Translations under genes and position numbers: made by a program
The notes under the pieces: model-generated
What the model was told of the DNA's origin: nothing
Databases searched by the model: none
Seen by the model: only the letters and a program-made list of their open reading frames with translations
Source of the DNA: Deltaproteobacteria bacterium
GTDB lineage: Bacteria > Myxococcota_A > Polyangia > Fen-1088
Reading direction: 5' to 3'
Length of the DNA stretch: 64,000 nucleotides
Assembly: GCA_033763315.1 (NCBI GenBank)
Contig: JANRKS010000006.1
Coordinates: 160,001 to 224,000 of the forward strand
In this document: positions 27,246-37,640 of the stretch, one piece after another
Position numbering within the stretch: the first letter of the stretch is position 1
Layout of the letters: every line of letters begins with the position of its first letter

Positions 27246-28418
27246 TTGCAGCCCCTGGTGTTCAGATCGCGCGCGCGTAAACCAAGCGACAGGGCAGGGG
27301 CTTTGGTCTTCGCGGCGTGGGCTCTCGTGCCCTCGCTTTGCGGGGCCGCGACACTGTCGGTGCGGTCCGAAGTGGGCGGCGAATACGATTCCAACCCGAG
27401 CCGCGTCGAAACGGTGGCAAACGACGACTCGATCACCGGGGAGAGCCCGTCACCCAGCACCGGCGGGCGTGCGCTCATCGGCGGAGAATTCAACGCACGC
27501 CTGGCCTCGCGAACGGTGCTGACGCTGTCGGGTCGGGCCGCTGGTCGTGGCTATCTCGATCGTGCCGCGAGCCGCGAGCGGGTTGGCATCCTCTCGGGCA
27601 CAGCCAGCTTGCTGCAGCTGGTGGGGGCATCGACCCGCGCTTTGGGCGGCGTGGCGTATTACGACGCCTACCAAGATACGCGCCCTGAATCGCGCGACTT
27701 TCGTTCCACAAGCCCGTCGCTTTCGCTGCTTCACCCCCTGGGCCCGGGGCGACTGTCAGTGACGGGGGGCTACCGCTGGTTCGTGTTCAAACCGGCGCCT
27801 GTGTTGAACTTCGCTGGCCCCACGGCGGCAGCGGCCTACAAAGTGGATCTAGGCGGTGAACGCGAAGACGATGACGACAGCGCCGAGTGGGAATTCATCA
27901 CAAGCGTTGCTTACGAACGTCGAGCCTTCGAGGCGTTGCGGTGTGTGAAAGAGGATGATTGCCCGCCCGCCACACCCGCGGGCCTGCGCAACGACAACTT
28001 TGCCCAAGCGGGCATCGACTTCGTTCGCACCGGCGATTTCCTGTTAGGCGCCGGAGCCGCGTTTCAGATCAACGCCTCCAACAGCTTCCAGGAAAGTCTG
28101 CGGCGGGGACTGGCACACGTGGAGGCCACGTTTTTGCTGCCTTGGGCCCTCTCGCTGGCCACCCGTGCAGAACTCATTTGGACGTCGTTTGAGAACGCCG
28201 TGCCCGTCCGTCGCGATCCTGTGTCGGGGTTGCCGCTGGCCAGCATCGAGGACGAGGGACGCAGCACGTTTCGTGTGGAATTGATGCGGCCGCTTGGCGA
28301 CAACGTTGATCTTTCGCTCCGCTGGATAGGCTACACAAATGCAATTGGCGGCGGACCTGTTCAGTACCGCCGCCAAGTGTTGCTGCTGCAAGCAGGCGTT
28401 TCGCTGAATCTGCTCTAA
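27246..28418 (+). CDS. Putative outer-membrane beta-barrel protein
   Basis: Signal-like segment, GGEYDSNP, alternating amphipathic strands. Start uncertain. Confidence 0.7.
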   Translation: MQPLVFRSRARKPSDRAGALVFAAWALVPSLCGAATLSVRSEVGGEYDSNPSRVETVANDDSITGESPSPSTGGRALIGGEFNARLASRTVLTLSGRAAGRGYLDRAASRERVGILSGTASLLQLVGASTRALGGVAYYDAYQDTRPESRDFRSTSPSLSLLHPLGPGRLSVTGGYRWFVFKPAPVLNFAGPTAAAAYKVDLGGEREDDDDSAEWEFITSVAYERRAFEALRCVKEDDCPPATPAGLRNDNFAQAGIDFVRTGDFLLGAGAAFQINASNSFQESLRRGLAHVEATFLLPWALSLATRAELIWTSFENAVPVRRDPVSGLPLASIEDEGRSTFRVELMRPLGDNVDLSLRWIGYTNAIGGGPVQYRRQVLLLQAGVSLNLL

Positions 28419-29827
28419 TTCATCCGGTAGCCAGCCGTGATGAGCGCCCCCATGTAGCGATCTGTGGCACCCCCGGCAACGTTGGCGTCGTCCGATTTGG
28501 AGTTCATCGAAATGCCGTAGCTGCGTGCCACAAAAGCCGCGCGCACCTCCAAGCCCGACATCAGGAAGGCGAGCGGAACCGCAAGGCCCGCGCTGCCCTC
28601 AGTGGCGGCGGCGGTGGCATTGGGGAATGTATCGGTAAAGGCGCCCATGCTCAGAACGTGGTCGTAACCAAAGCTGCCAAACAATGCCACGGGTCCCAGG
28701 CCATAACGGGCGCCCACGACGGCGCGCACCATGCTGTACTCGGCTGCGGGCACATTCGAGAACACGTCGTTGCCGTTGGCCGTGGCTTTCTCGTCCAATT
28801 TGAACGTGTGCATCGCGTAGGCCGCCAGAAGGTTCAACTCCAGGTTGCCAAAGTGAAACTTGCCCTTCGGCCCCGCAAAAAAGCCCATCGAGGACGTCCC
28901 GAATGTGGCGTTGCCCCGCGCCGAGGACAACCCGACGGTGAACTCACCGCCCGCAGACAACCCGATGTTTCGGGTGAAGAAATAATCAAGGGCCAAGGCA
29001 ACGGCAGGCGCCACAGGATCGGTGTTGTACTGTTGGCCGTCGCCCGCTTTTTTCTGGTTGTACGTGAAGTCGCGGCTGTAGATGAGCGCGCCCACCGCCA
29101 GATCCAATCCCTTCCAACCAACGCCAGGTGCCTCTGGCTCTTCGGCCTTAGAGGCCTTCGCCGCCACCCCTGTGGGTTCCGCGTCCTCGTCCTCATCCTC
29201 GTCGGCTTTGTCCGCGGCTTCTTTCTTTTCCGCCTTGGCCGCTTGCTTCTCTTCCTCGCGTTCCTCTGCCTTGGCAGCCTTTTTCTCTTCTTTGGCCTCG
29301 GATTTGGCAGCCTTTTTTTCTTCTTTCGGCTCGGCTTTGGGCTCGGCCACAGCCACTGCCGCCGCGCCGCCTCCGCCGCCCGCACCCAGCAATTCGCTCA
29401 GCGCCTTCTTCAACTGCTTGTCCAAGGCCGCCGACAACTGAGCGGCGTTCTTGCCGGTGAACACTTTTTGGCCAAGCTTTTTGCCGTCGCTGTCTTTGAC
29501 AACGAGTGTGGCTGTGGGCTTTTTGCCCTTCACCGTGCCACGCACGAAGTGCGACGCCCCGAGCTGCTTTGCCACGGCTGTGTAGGAATCGGACGCCTGC
29601 ATCAAACCCAAGTCGGCCTCGGTGGCGGCCAGCTTCTTGTCAGTGATGACATCAACGTCGAGGTCTTTTAACGCCTTCTTAACCTGATCGCGAAAGTTCG
29701 CCGACCCACTGCCGTCGAACTGTTCCACCACCACTTTCGTGGCGGCGGCGGCTTGGCCCATAGATGCGGCGGTCACAGCGGTGAGAACAAAAGCTGAGCC
29801 AACCAGGGCTCGGAGTGCGCGGAACAT
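28415..29827 (-). CDS. Outer-membrane protein: N-terminal alpha/beta domain, Lys/Glu/Ala linker, C-terminal beta-barrel
   Basis: AGGAG SD at ATG 29827; signal peptide; EEKKAAK repeats; barrel strands ending ITAGYRMN. Confidence 0.75.
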   Translation of the reverse strand: MFRALRALVGSAFVLTAVTAASMGQAAAATKVVVEQFDGSGSANFRDQVKKALKDLDVDVITDKKLAATEADLGLMQASDSYTAVAKQLGASHFVRGTVKGKKPTATLVVKDSDGKKLGQKVFTGKNAAQLSAALDKQLKKALSELLGAGGGGGAAAVAVAEPKAEPKEEKKAAKSEAKEEKKAAKAEEREEEKQAAKAEKKEAADKADEDEDEDAEPTGVAAKASKAEEPEAPGVGWKGLDLAVGALIYSRDFTYNQKKAGDGQQYNTDPVAPAVALALDYFFTRNIGLSAGGEFTVGLSSARGNATFGTSSMGFFAGPKGKFHFGNLELNLLAAYAMHTFKLDEKATANGNDVFSNVPAAEYSMVRAVVGARYGLGPVALFGSFGYDHVLSMGAFTDTFPNATAAATEGSAGLAVPLAFLMSGLEVRAAFVARSYGISMNSKSDDANVAGGATDRYMGALITAGYRMN

Positions 29828-29913
29828 AATCACTCTCCTTGCGGCGTGTTTCGCCAACGGGACGGGGCCAGGGTGGAGCGGGCCAAACCCGTTTTGTTTA
29901 TGCGAGCTTGAAA

Positions 29914-30005
29914 CCCAAGTCAAGGCAACGAGTTGCGCGCGACGGTTAACAATGAACGCGTTCACATGTGGGCGCAAACTTTCGGGAGATCACCATTGAC
30001 TTGGG
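29914..30005. promoter_or_regulatory. Divergent sigma70-like promoters with a central palindrome
   Basis: TTGACTTGGG on both strands (29914-29923 minus, 29996-30005 plus); TGAACGCGTTCA at 29953-29964. Confidence 0.5.
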
Positions 30006-30092
30006 GGGTGGGCGTCCCCAAGAATGGCCTCCCGAGTTGATGATCCACACGAACGAAACTCGGACCTTGCACATTTGCGCTGCGAACGATAA

Positions 30093-31802
<1,710 letters not shown>

Positions 31803-31973
31803 CCTCTCGCGTGGGGTCACGGAAACGTCCGTAACCCTCTGGGTGCGGTGTTGGGGACACGGCTGCTAGCAATAGATGTACCAGGGCGCATTTCAGCCCT
31901 TTCGGCCTGGGTGGCGTGGTGTTAGTTTAGGGGCAGCGAACGTTTGGTTCGCCCAGGTCGGAGCGCAACATCG

Positions 31974-33491
31974 ATGTCGATGGAGATAAAGCAACAGCTG
32001 AAGCTGTCCCAACAACTGGTGATGACGCCCCAGTTGCAGCAAGCCATCAAGCTTCTGCAGCTGTCACGGGCAGAGTTGGTGGACATGGTGCGGGAGGAGT
32101 TGTTGGAGAACCCGGTCCTCGAAGACCAGGTCGACACTTCTGCCGAGCACGGCAAGGGAGGGATGTCGGAAGACTCTATCTCCGCGGAACAGGCCTCGGA
32201 TATGGCCGCCGAGCGGGTGGGCGAAACCGAGATGCCGATGGGCACGGCGCCCGACCGCATTGATGCCCCTGCCACCGAAGTTCAGGTGGAAACCACCTCG
32301 AAAGAGGCGGTGGACGATTTTGACTGGGAGGGCTACCTCGCCAGTGAGGCCGCGGCCGCGCCCATGCCGGCCAACCGCCCCGCCAGCTCCGAGGACATGC
32401 CGTCGCTGGAGGCAAACCTCACGCGCGGCACCAGCCTGTTCGACCACCTTGAATGGCAGCTGAAGTTGTCGCGCCACTTCACCCCGCAAGAAGAGGCTGT
32501 GGCGCTGCTGATCCTGGGTAACCTGACGGCCGACGGGTACTTGGATGCGCCCTTGGACGAGATCGCCGAAGAGTCGGGCGTGACGCTGGAGGAGGCCGAG
32601 GCCATTTTGAAGAAGGTGCAGGAGTTCGATCCGCAAGGTGTGGGCGCCCGCAACCTGCAAGAGTGCCTGCTGATTCAGGCCCGGCACATCGGGGCCGACG
32701 ATGACGTGGTGGTAGGCATCATCACGAAACACCTCGGAAACATCGAAAAGCAGAACTACGCGGCCATCGCCAAAGATCTCAACGAGCCGCTCGATGAAAT
32801 CTACGAGGCCGCCAAGGTGGTGCGCGGTTTTGATCCGAAGCCTGGCCGTGGTTACAGCGCCGAGGAGCCGTCCTACATCACGCCCGACATCTACGTGCAC
32901 GAGGTGGGCGGGCAATACTTCGTGGTGGCCAACGACGACGGCTTGCCGAAACTGAAAATCTCGGACTATTACCGCTCGGCGATCGCCGGGGGCAACCAAG
33001 CGAAAGAATACATCCAAGAGCGCCTGCGGAGCGCTCAATGGTTGATTCGATCGATCCAGCAGCGCCAGCGCACAATCGTTCGTGTGGCCGAATCGATTTT
33101 GAAGTTCCAGCGCGAGTTCTTCGAGAAGGGGCCGGCGTTTCTGCGCCCGCTGATTCTTCGCGACGTGGCCGAAGACATCGGCATGCATGAATCTACGGTG
33201 TCGCGTGTGACGACCAACAAGTACATCCACACACCGCAAGGCATCTTCGAGCTGAAGTATTTCTTCAACTCGGGAATCGCACGATCAGACGGAGATGATC
33301 TGGCCTCGGAAGCTGTGAAGCTGAAGATCAAACAAATTGTTGGCTCAGAAGATCCCAAAGCGCCTCACTCCGATCAGAAGATCGTCGAGATTTTGGCAAC
33401 CCAAGGCATCGAGATCGCCCGGCGCACGGTGGCCAAATACCGCGAGCAACTGCGTATCTTTCCCAGCAGCCGGCGCAAAGTTCTCTATTAG
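31974..33491 (+). CDS. rpoN: RNA polymerase sigma-54
   Basis: TPQLQQAIKLLQL, HESTVSR, ELKYFF, RpoN box ARRTVAKYRE. Confidence 0.98.
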   Translation: MSMEIKQQLKLSQQLVMTPQLQQAIKLLQLSRAELVDMVREELLENPVLEDQVDTSAEHGKGGMSEDSISAEQASDMAAERVGETEMPMGTAPDRIDAPATEVQVETTSKEAVDDFDWEGYLASEAAAAPMPANRPASSEDMPSLEANLTRGTSLFDHLEWQLKLSRHFTPQEEAVALLILGNLTADGYLDAPLDEIAEESGVTLEEAEAILKKVQEFDPQGVGARNLQECLLIQARHIGADDDVVVGIITKHLGNIEKQNYAAIAKDLNEPLDEIYEAAKVVRGFDPKPGRGYSAEEPSYITPDIYVHEVGGQYFVVANDDGLPKLKISDYYRSAIAGGNQAKEYIQERLRSAQWLIRSIQQRQRTIVRVAESILKFQREFFEKGPAFLRPLILRDVAEDIGMHESTVSRVTTNKYIHTPQGIFELKYFFNSGIARSDGDDLASEAVKLKIKQIVGSEDPKAPHSDQKIVEILATQGIEIARRTVAKYREQLRIFPSSRRKVLY

Positions 33492-33644
33492 CCAACCCGT
33501 TTGGCGTCGTCATTGCTCCAGTCGCGCGCAGAAAGTGGCGATACCCTTTACAATTGTTCTGGAAAAAACTGGCCCACGGGAGTAAACACCGACGCGCCTG
33601 GTCTCTCGTGGTCCCAAGTGCCGGGTCGATTCCTCGGAGTGTCT

Positions 33645-34334
33645 ATGCAGGTCACCACCACCTTCCGTCACATGGAAACGTCTCAGCCGGTTCGCCAGCA
33701 CGCCTTAGAACGGCTGGAAAAGGTGAGAAAATATTTTACGAAAGAGCCGCTGTCGGGACACGCGGTGTTCTCGGTTGAGAACAACCACCAATACACGGCT
33801 GAATTGCAGATCACCCTGCCCAACGGCATGTTGGTGCAGGCACGTGAAACCACTGAGGACATGTACTCCTCGATCGATTTGGCGGGCGCCCGGCTTGAAC
33901 GCCAGGTGCGACGCTGGAAGGATCGGATTAGCGACCACAAGCCTCATGGCGGCCCAAGCTTCGCGGTGAAAAACCGCATCTTCTCTGCGGAGGGGATGCA
34001 CGGCCCCTACGACAAGAAGCACAACGGCAAGGCCCATGCGAAGGCAGACGCCGAGCTTCACAGCGACGGCCACAACCCGCCCGTTGCTGCAGGGAAGGCT
34101 CCCGCCGCCCCGGCGGCGCCCCCAATTAACGTGGTGCGCGAAGAGACGTTTACGGCACGCTCCATGCGGGTGGACGACGCGGTTATGCAGCTGTCGCTCC
34201 TTGAAAGCGACTTTCTTGTTTTCAGTGATGTCGAATCGGGTTTGATTTCCGTCGTTTACCGTCGTAAAGACGGCAACTACGGCTTGATCGACACCGGGGC
34301 AAAAGTTTCAACGGCTTCTGCCGAGAACGCATGA
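33645..34334 (+). CDS. hpf: Long ribosome hibernation promoting factor
   Basis: TFRHME, DMYSSID...LERQVRR.K, C-terminal M.VDDAVMQL...VVYRRKDGNYGLI. Confidence 0.93.
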   Translation: MQVTTTFRHMETSQPVRQHALERLEKVRKYFTKEPLSGHAVFSVENNHQYTAELQITLPNGMLVQARETTEDMYSSIDLAGARLERQVRRWKDRISDHKPHGGPSFAVKNRIFSAEGMHGPYDKKHNGKAHAKADAELHSDGHNPPVAAGKAPAAPAAPPINVVREETFTARSMRVDDAVMQLSLLESDFLVFSDVESGLISVVYRRKDGNYGLIDTGAKVSTASAENA

Positions 34335-34419
34335 GCAGCGCAGGTTCGCCATGGGTGCAGTTCAGGCAGACACTTTCACCACTTCTACAACTCAGCCTAA
34401 CCAGCCTAGAAAAAGCTGC

Positions 34420-34881
34420 ATGAAGGTCACCGACTTTCTGAGACCGGAAATGGTCATTGCCAGCCTCGCCGCCACATCGAAGGCGCAGGTGCTGCAAGAG
34501 ATGTCCGAACATGTGGCCAAGAACCAAGCGGGCATCGAAGCTCCGCGGTTGAGGAAAGTGCTGGAGGACCGTGAGTTGTTGGCCTCCACGGCCATCGGCG
34601 ACGGCATCGCAATCCCCCATGGCAAGCTGGAATCGATTCCCAATTTGATGGGCGTGCTTGGTCGCTCGCAAGCCGGGCTCGAGTTCGATTCAATCGACGG
34701 CAAACCGACGCACCTCGTATTTATGCTGGTGGCGCCGCTCAACTCAGCGGGCGTTCATCTGAAGGCCTTGGCGCGTTTGTCACGTTTGTTCCGCGACGCC
34801 ATGTTTCGGCAGCGCCTGGTGGAAGCCACCGACGCGGCCGCCATGTACGACGTCATCTGCGAAGAAGACGCCAAGTACTAG
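34420..34881 (+). CDS. ptsN: PTS EIIA(Ntr)
   Basis: RE.LASTAIGDGIAIPHGK, FDSIDGKP, HLKALARLSR. Confidence 0.93.
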   Translation: MKVTDFLRPEMVIASLAATSKAQVLQEMSEHVAKNQAGIEAPRLRKVLEDRELLASTAIGDGIAIPHGKLESIPNLMGVLGRSQAGLEFDSIDGKPTHLVFMLVAPLNSAGVHLKALARLSRLFRDAMFRQRLVEATDAAAMYDVICEEDAKY

Positions 34882-34969
34882 CGTGGCGCCCTCACCGCGG
34901 TAGCAGATTGTTGCTGCGGCCTTTGTGTGTGCTCATGTTACAGTCGGCCACAGGAACGGAGCCATTGGC

Positions 34970-35956
34970 GTGAAGATCCCTCCTGGTCGTACTCCTCAAT
35001 TAACCGTGCGAGCGCTCCTTAGCGAGGCTTCCGGTTTGCGCATGGTTTTGCTGGCCGGTGAGTCCGGCTTGTCGAGGCCCGTCACCGTGAGCCGCATCCA
35101 AAAGCCAGGTTTGGCGTTGGCCGGCTTTGTGCGGCAGGTGCACCCTGAGCGCGTCCAGGTTCTAGGGGCGACCGAGATTTCATACTTGGCCAGCCTGCCC
35201 GAACAGGAAGCCCGCCATGGCATCGAGACCCTGATGACACTTGAGCCGGCCTGCGTGGTCGTCACAAAGGGGCTCGACGTTCCGAACGACCTTTTGCAGT
35301 CGGCCGATCAGCGCAACGTCCCGCTGCTGCGCACCTCTTTGGTGTCGTCGGTGGCGATTGAAATGCTGCAGACGTTCCTTGAAGGCCAGTTGGCGCCGTC
35401 GGTGAGTTTGCATGGTGTTCTGCTGGACGTGCTGGGTGTGGGCGTGTTGCTTTTGGGCAAAAGCTCGGTGGGCAAAAGCGAAACCGCGCTTGAGCTCGTG
35501 ATGAAGGGCCACCGCCTCGTGGCCGACGATCTGGTGGAAATTCGTCGAACGGCACAAGATCACCTGATCGGTTGGCCCTCGGAACTCATCAAACATCACA
35601 TGGAGATCCGGGGCCTCGGCATCATCAACATCAAAGACTTGTTTGGTGTGGCTGCCGTGCGCGAAGAAAAGAAGGTGGAGTTGGTGATCGAGCTTCTGAA
35701 CTGGGACGAAGCCGACGCCAGCGATCGTTTGGGTCTTGAAGAGATGGTGTTTCCCATTTTGGATGTGCCCGTGCCGTTGTTGCGCTTGCCGGTTAGCCCG
35801 GGCCGCAACGTCAGCGCCGTGGTCGAGGTGGCGGCGCGCAACCGGCTGCTGCAGGTGCAGGGGCACCATTCAGCGCGCGAGTTTCAAGAGAAGCTGGATC
35901 GGGCGTTGGCCGTGGCGATTGCGGGCAAGCACCACCACCGCGAGTCCATCGAATGA
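34970..35956 (+). CDS. hprK: HPr kinase/phosphorylase
   Basis: PGLALAG, LHGVLL, GKSSVGKSETALEL, HRLVADD, EIRGLGII, PGRN. Confidence 0.95.
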   Translation: MKIPPGRTPQLTVRALLSEASGLRMVLLAGESGLSRPVTVSRIQKPGLALAGFVRQVHPERVQVLGATEISYLASLPEQEARHGIETLMTLEPACVVVTKGLDVPNDLLQSADQRNVPLLRTSLVSSVAIEMLQTFLEGQLAPSVSLHGVLLDVLGVGVLLLGKSSVGKSETALELVMKGHRLVADDLVEIRRTAQDHLIGWPSELIKHHMEIRGLGIINIKDLFGVAAVREEKKVELVIELLNWDEADASDRLGLEEMVFPILDVPVPLLRLPVSPGRNVSAVVEVAARNRLLQVQGHHSAREFQEKLDRALAVAIAGKHHHRESIE

Positions 35957-36816
35957 AGGTTGTTCTGGTGACGGGCGTCTCGGGCGCCGGCAAAACAACC
36001 GCGGTTCATGCGCTCGAGGATTTGGATTTCTACTGCGTCGACAACTTACCCATGCCGTTGGTTCAGCGGTTCGTGGAGTTGTTGGCCGGGCGGGCCGACA
36101 TCAAACGGGCGGCGTTGGTCACCGATGCGCGCAGCGGTGAGTTTCTAGCGGGCGCTTCGGGTGTGCTGGCCGAACTGCGCAAGACGGGGCACGACGTCGA
36201 GGTGTTGTTCTTGGATGCGCCCGACATCGTGCTGTTGCGCCGCTTTTCTGAAACACGGCGGCGGCACCCGCTGTCGGGTGTGGACATCCGCGCGGGCTTA
36301 CAGGAAGAGCGACGCCGCCTGGAAGAGCTGCGCCAAGAGGCCACATCCGTCATCGATACGGGAACCCTCACGGTGCACATGCTGCGGGCCTTGGTGCTTG
36401 AGCACTATGCCCAAAGCGACGGCCGCTTGGCGCTTACATTCTTATCGTTCGGTTTCAAACACGGGCTGCCCGTGGAAGCGGACATTGTTCTGGACGTCCG
36501 GTTTTTACCGAACCCGTTCTTCGTTGAGGCGCTCTCCGCGCTGACGGGACAAACCGAAGAGGTGCGCCGCTTCGTTCTGGATCGGCCCGAAGCGCAGGCT
36601 TTCATCGAGCGCGCCGAGAGCCTGCTGCGCCTGTGCCTTGAAGGCTTCTCCAGGGAAGGCAAGTCATACGCTACGGTTGCCATCGGCTGCACAGGTGGGC
36701 GTCACCGTTCCGTGGCTTTGGTGGAAGAGCTCAGCCGTCGCGTCAGCGGGCCCGATAACCAAGTGGAAGGCCTTGGCGTGGTCACGGTCCGGCACCGGGA
36801 TATGAGCAAGACCTGA
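35953..36816 (+). CDS. rapZ: RNase adapter RapZ (YvcJ family)
   Basis: TGVSGAGKT, CVDNLP, RRFSETRRRHP, SFGFKHG, DVRFLPNP, GCTGGRHRS. Confidence 0.96.
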   Translation: MKVVLVTGVSGAGKTTAVHALEDLDFYCVDNLPMPLVQRFVELLAGRADIKRAALVTDARSGEFLAGASGVLAELRKTGHDVEVLFLDAPDIVLLRRFSETRRRHPLSGVDIRAGLQEERRRLEELRQEATSVIDTGTLTVHMLRALVLEHYAQSDGRLALTFLSFGFKHGLPVEADIVLDVRFLPNPFFVEALSALTGQTEEVRRFVLDRPEAQAFIERAESLLRLCLEGFSREGKSYATVAIGCTGGRHRSVALVEELSRRVSGPDNQVEGLGVVTVRHRDMSKT

Positions 36817-36888
36817 TCAGCGCCTCACGGGCTTTTTGCAGCTCGCAACATCTGCGCCGCGCTTGTTCATTGGTGTACAATGGTCGCC

Positions 36889-37341
36889 ATGTCCAGCGCG
36901 GCCAGCAAACCCAAAGTGGGGATCGTGGTTGTCACCCACGAGGGTGCGGCAGAGGCGTTGGTGATGGCGGCGCGCGCGCTGTTGGGGAATTTGCCTGGCG
37001 TCGCGGCGGTTACTTGCGCGATGGCCGACGCCTTTCCCACCCTCGTCGATAAGATCGCGCGCGGCTGCCAGTTGGTCGATGAGGGCGTGGGCGTGGTGAT
37101 GCTGGTGGATCTGCACGGCTCATCACCCTTTCACGCTTCAATGTCGCTGCTTGATGGCACGCGCGTGGCCGAGATCTTGTGTGGTGTGAATTTGCCTATG
37201 TTGATCAAGGTTTCCACGATCGACCGCACGCGCTTGACCCCCACGCAGATCGCGGAAGCCCTGCGTGACATCGGCCGCCGCTCCATCCGGATCGGATCGG
37301 AACTCACTGGACGCATTTCCTTAAGCGAGAAACTGCCATGA
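36889..37341 (+). CDS. PTS EIIA, mannose family
   Basis: GIVVVTH, VDLHGSSP, GVNLPML. Confidence 0.88.
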   Translation: MSSAASKPKVGIVVVTHEGAAEALVMAARALLGNLPGVAAVTCAMADAFPTLVDKIARGCQLVDEGVGVVMLVDLHGSSPFHASMSLLDGTRVAEILCGVNLPMLIKVSTIDRTRLTPTQIAEALRDIGRRSIRIGSELTGRISLSEKLP

Positions 37342-37640
37342 CCAACGAAACATCTGCCCCAAGCCGCGTCCTGAAGATCCGCAATAAGCTGGGCATGCAC
37401 GCACGCGCCGCCGTGAAATTCGTGCAGTTGGCCAGCAAATTTGAAAGCGAGATCTTCGTCGAGAAGGACGGCGATCAAGTCAACGGCAAGAGCATCATGG
37501 GGCTGCTCACCTTAGTGGCCGCCTACGGCATGGAGATCAAGCTCTCAGCCGAAGGGCCCGACGCCGCCGTGGCGGTGGACCAGTTGTCGGCGCTTGTCAG
37601 CAGTGGGTTTGAGGAGGGAGTGGTCGACACGGATGCGTAA
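37338..37640 (+). CDS. ptsH: Phosphocarrier HPr
   Basis: NKLGMHARAA (His15) and GKSIMGLL (Ser46). Confidence 0.96.
   Translation: MTNETSAPSRVLKIRNKLGMHARAAVKFVQLASKFESEIFVEKDGDQVNGKSIMGLLTLVAAYGMEIKLSAEGPDAAVAVDQLSALVSSGFEEGVVDTDA

Noticed and set aside
29180-29350. Repetitive DNA as a CRISPR or tandem array
   Set aside because: It encodes the EEKKAAK linker; repeats are degenerate, in frame and have no spacers. No CRISPR array was seen in the window.
31876-31910. Short frame MYQGAFQPFRP between pyrG and rpoN as a relic of the LptB C-terminus (YLGxxF)
   Set aside because: Too short and too weak a match to distinguish from chance.
32064-33239. 391-aa antisense ORF over rpoN, and similar long shadow ORFs over coxA (54051-55196), the OM protein (28658-29671), ribD (3463-4347), actF and korA
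   Set aside because: Expected by-product of GC-rich codon bias; no motifs, and each lies fully over a well-supported gene.
31851-33552. Sigma54 boxes upstream of rpoN and hpf
   Set aside because: Candidates (TGGGGACACGGCTGC, TGGCGATACCCTTTA) miss key -24 or -12 positions.
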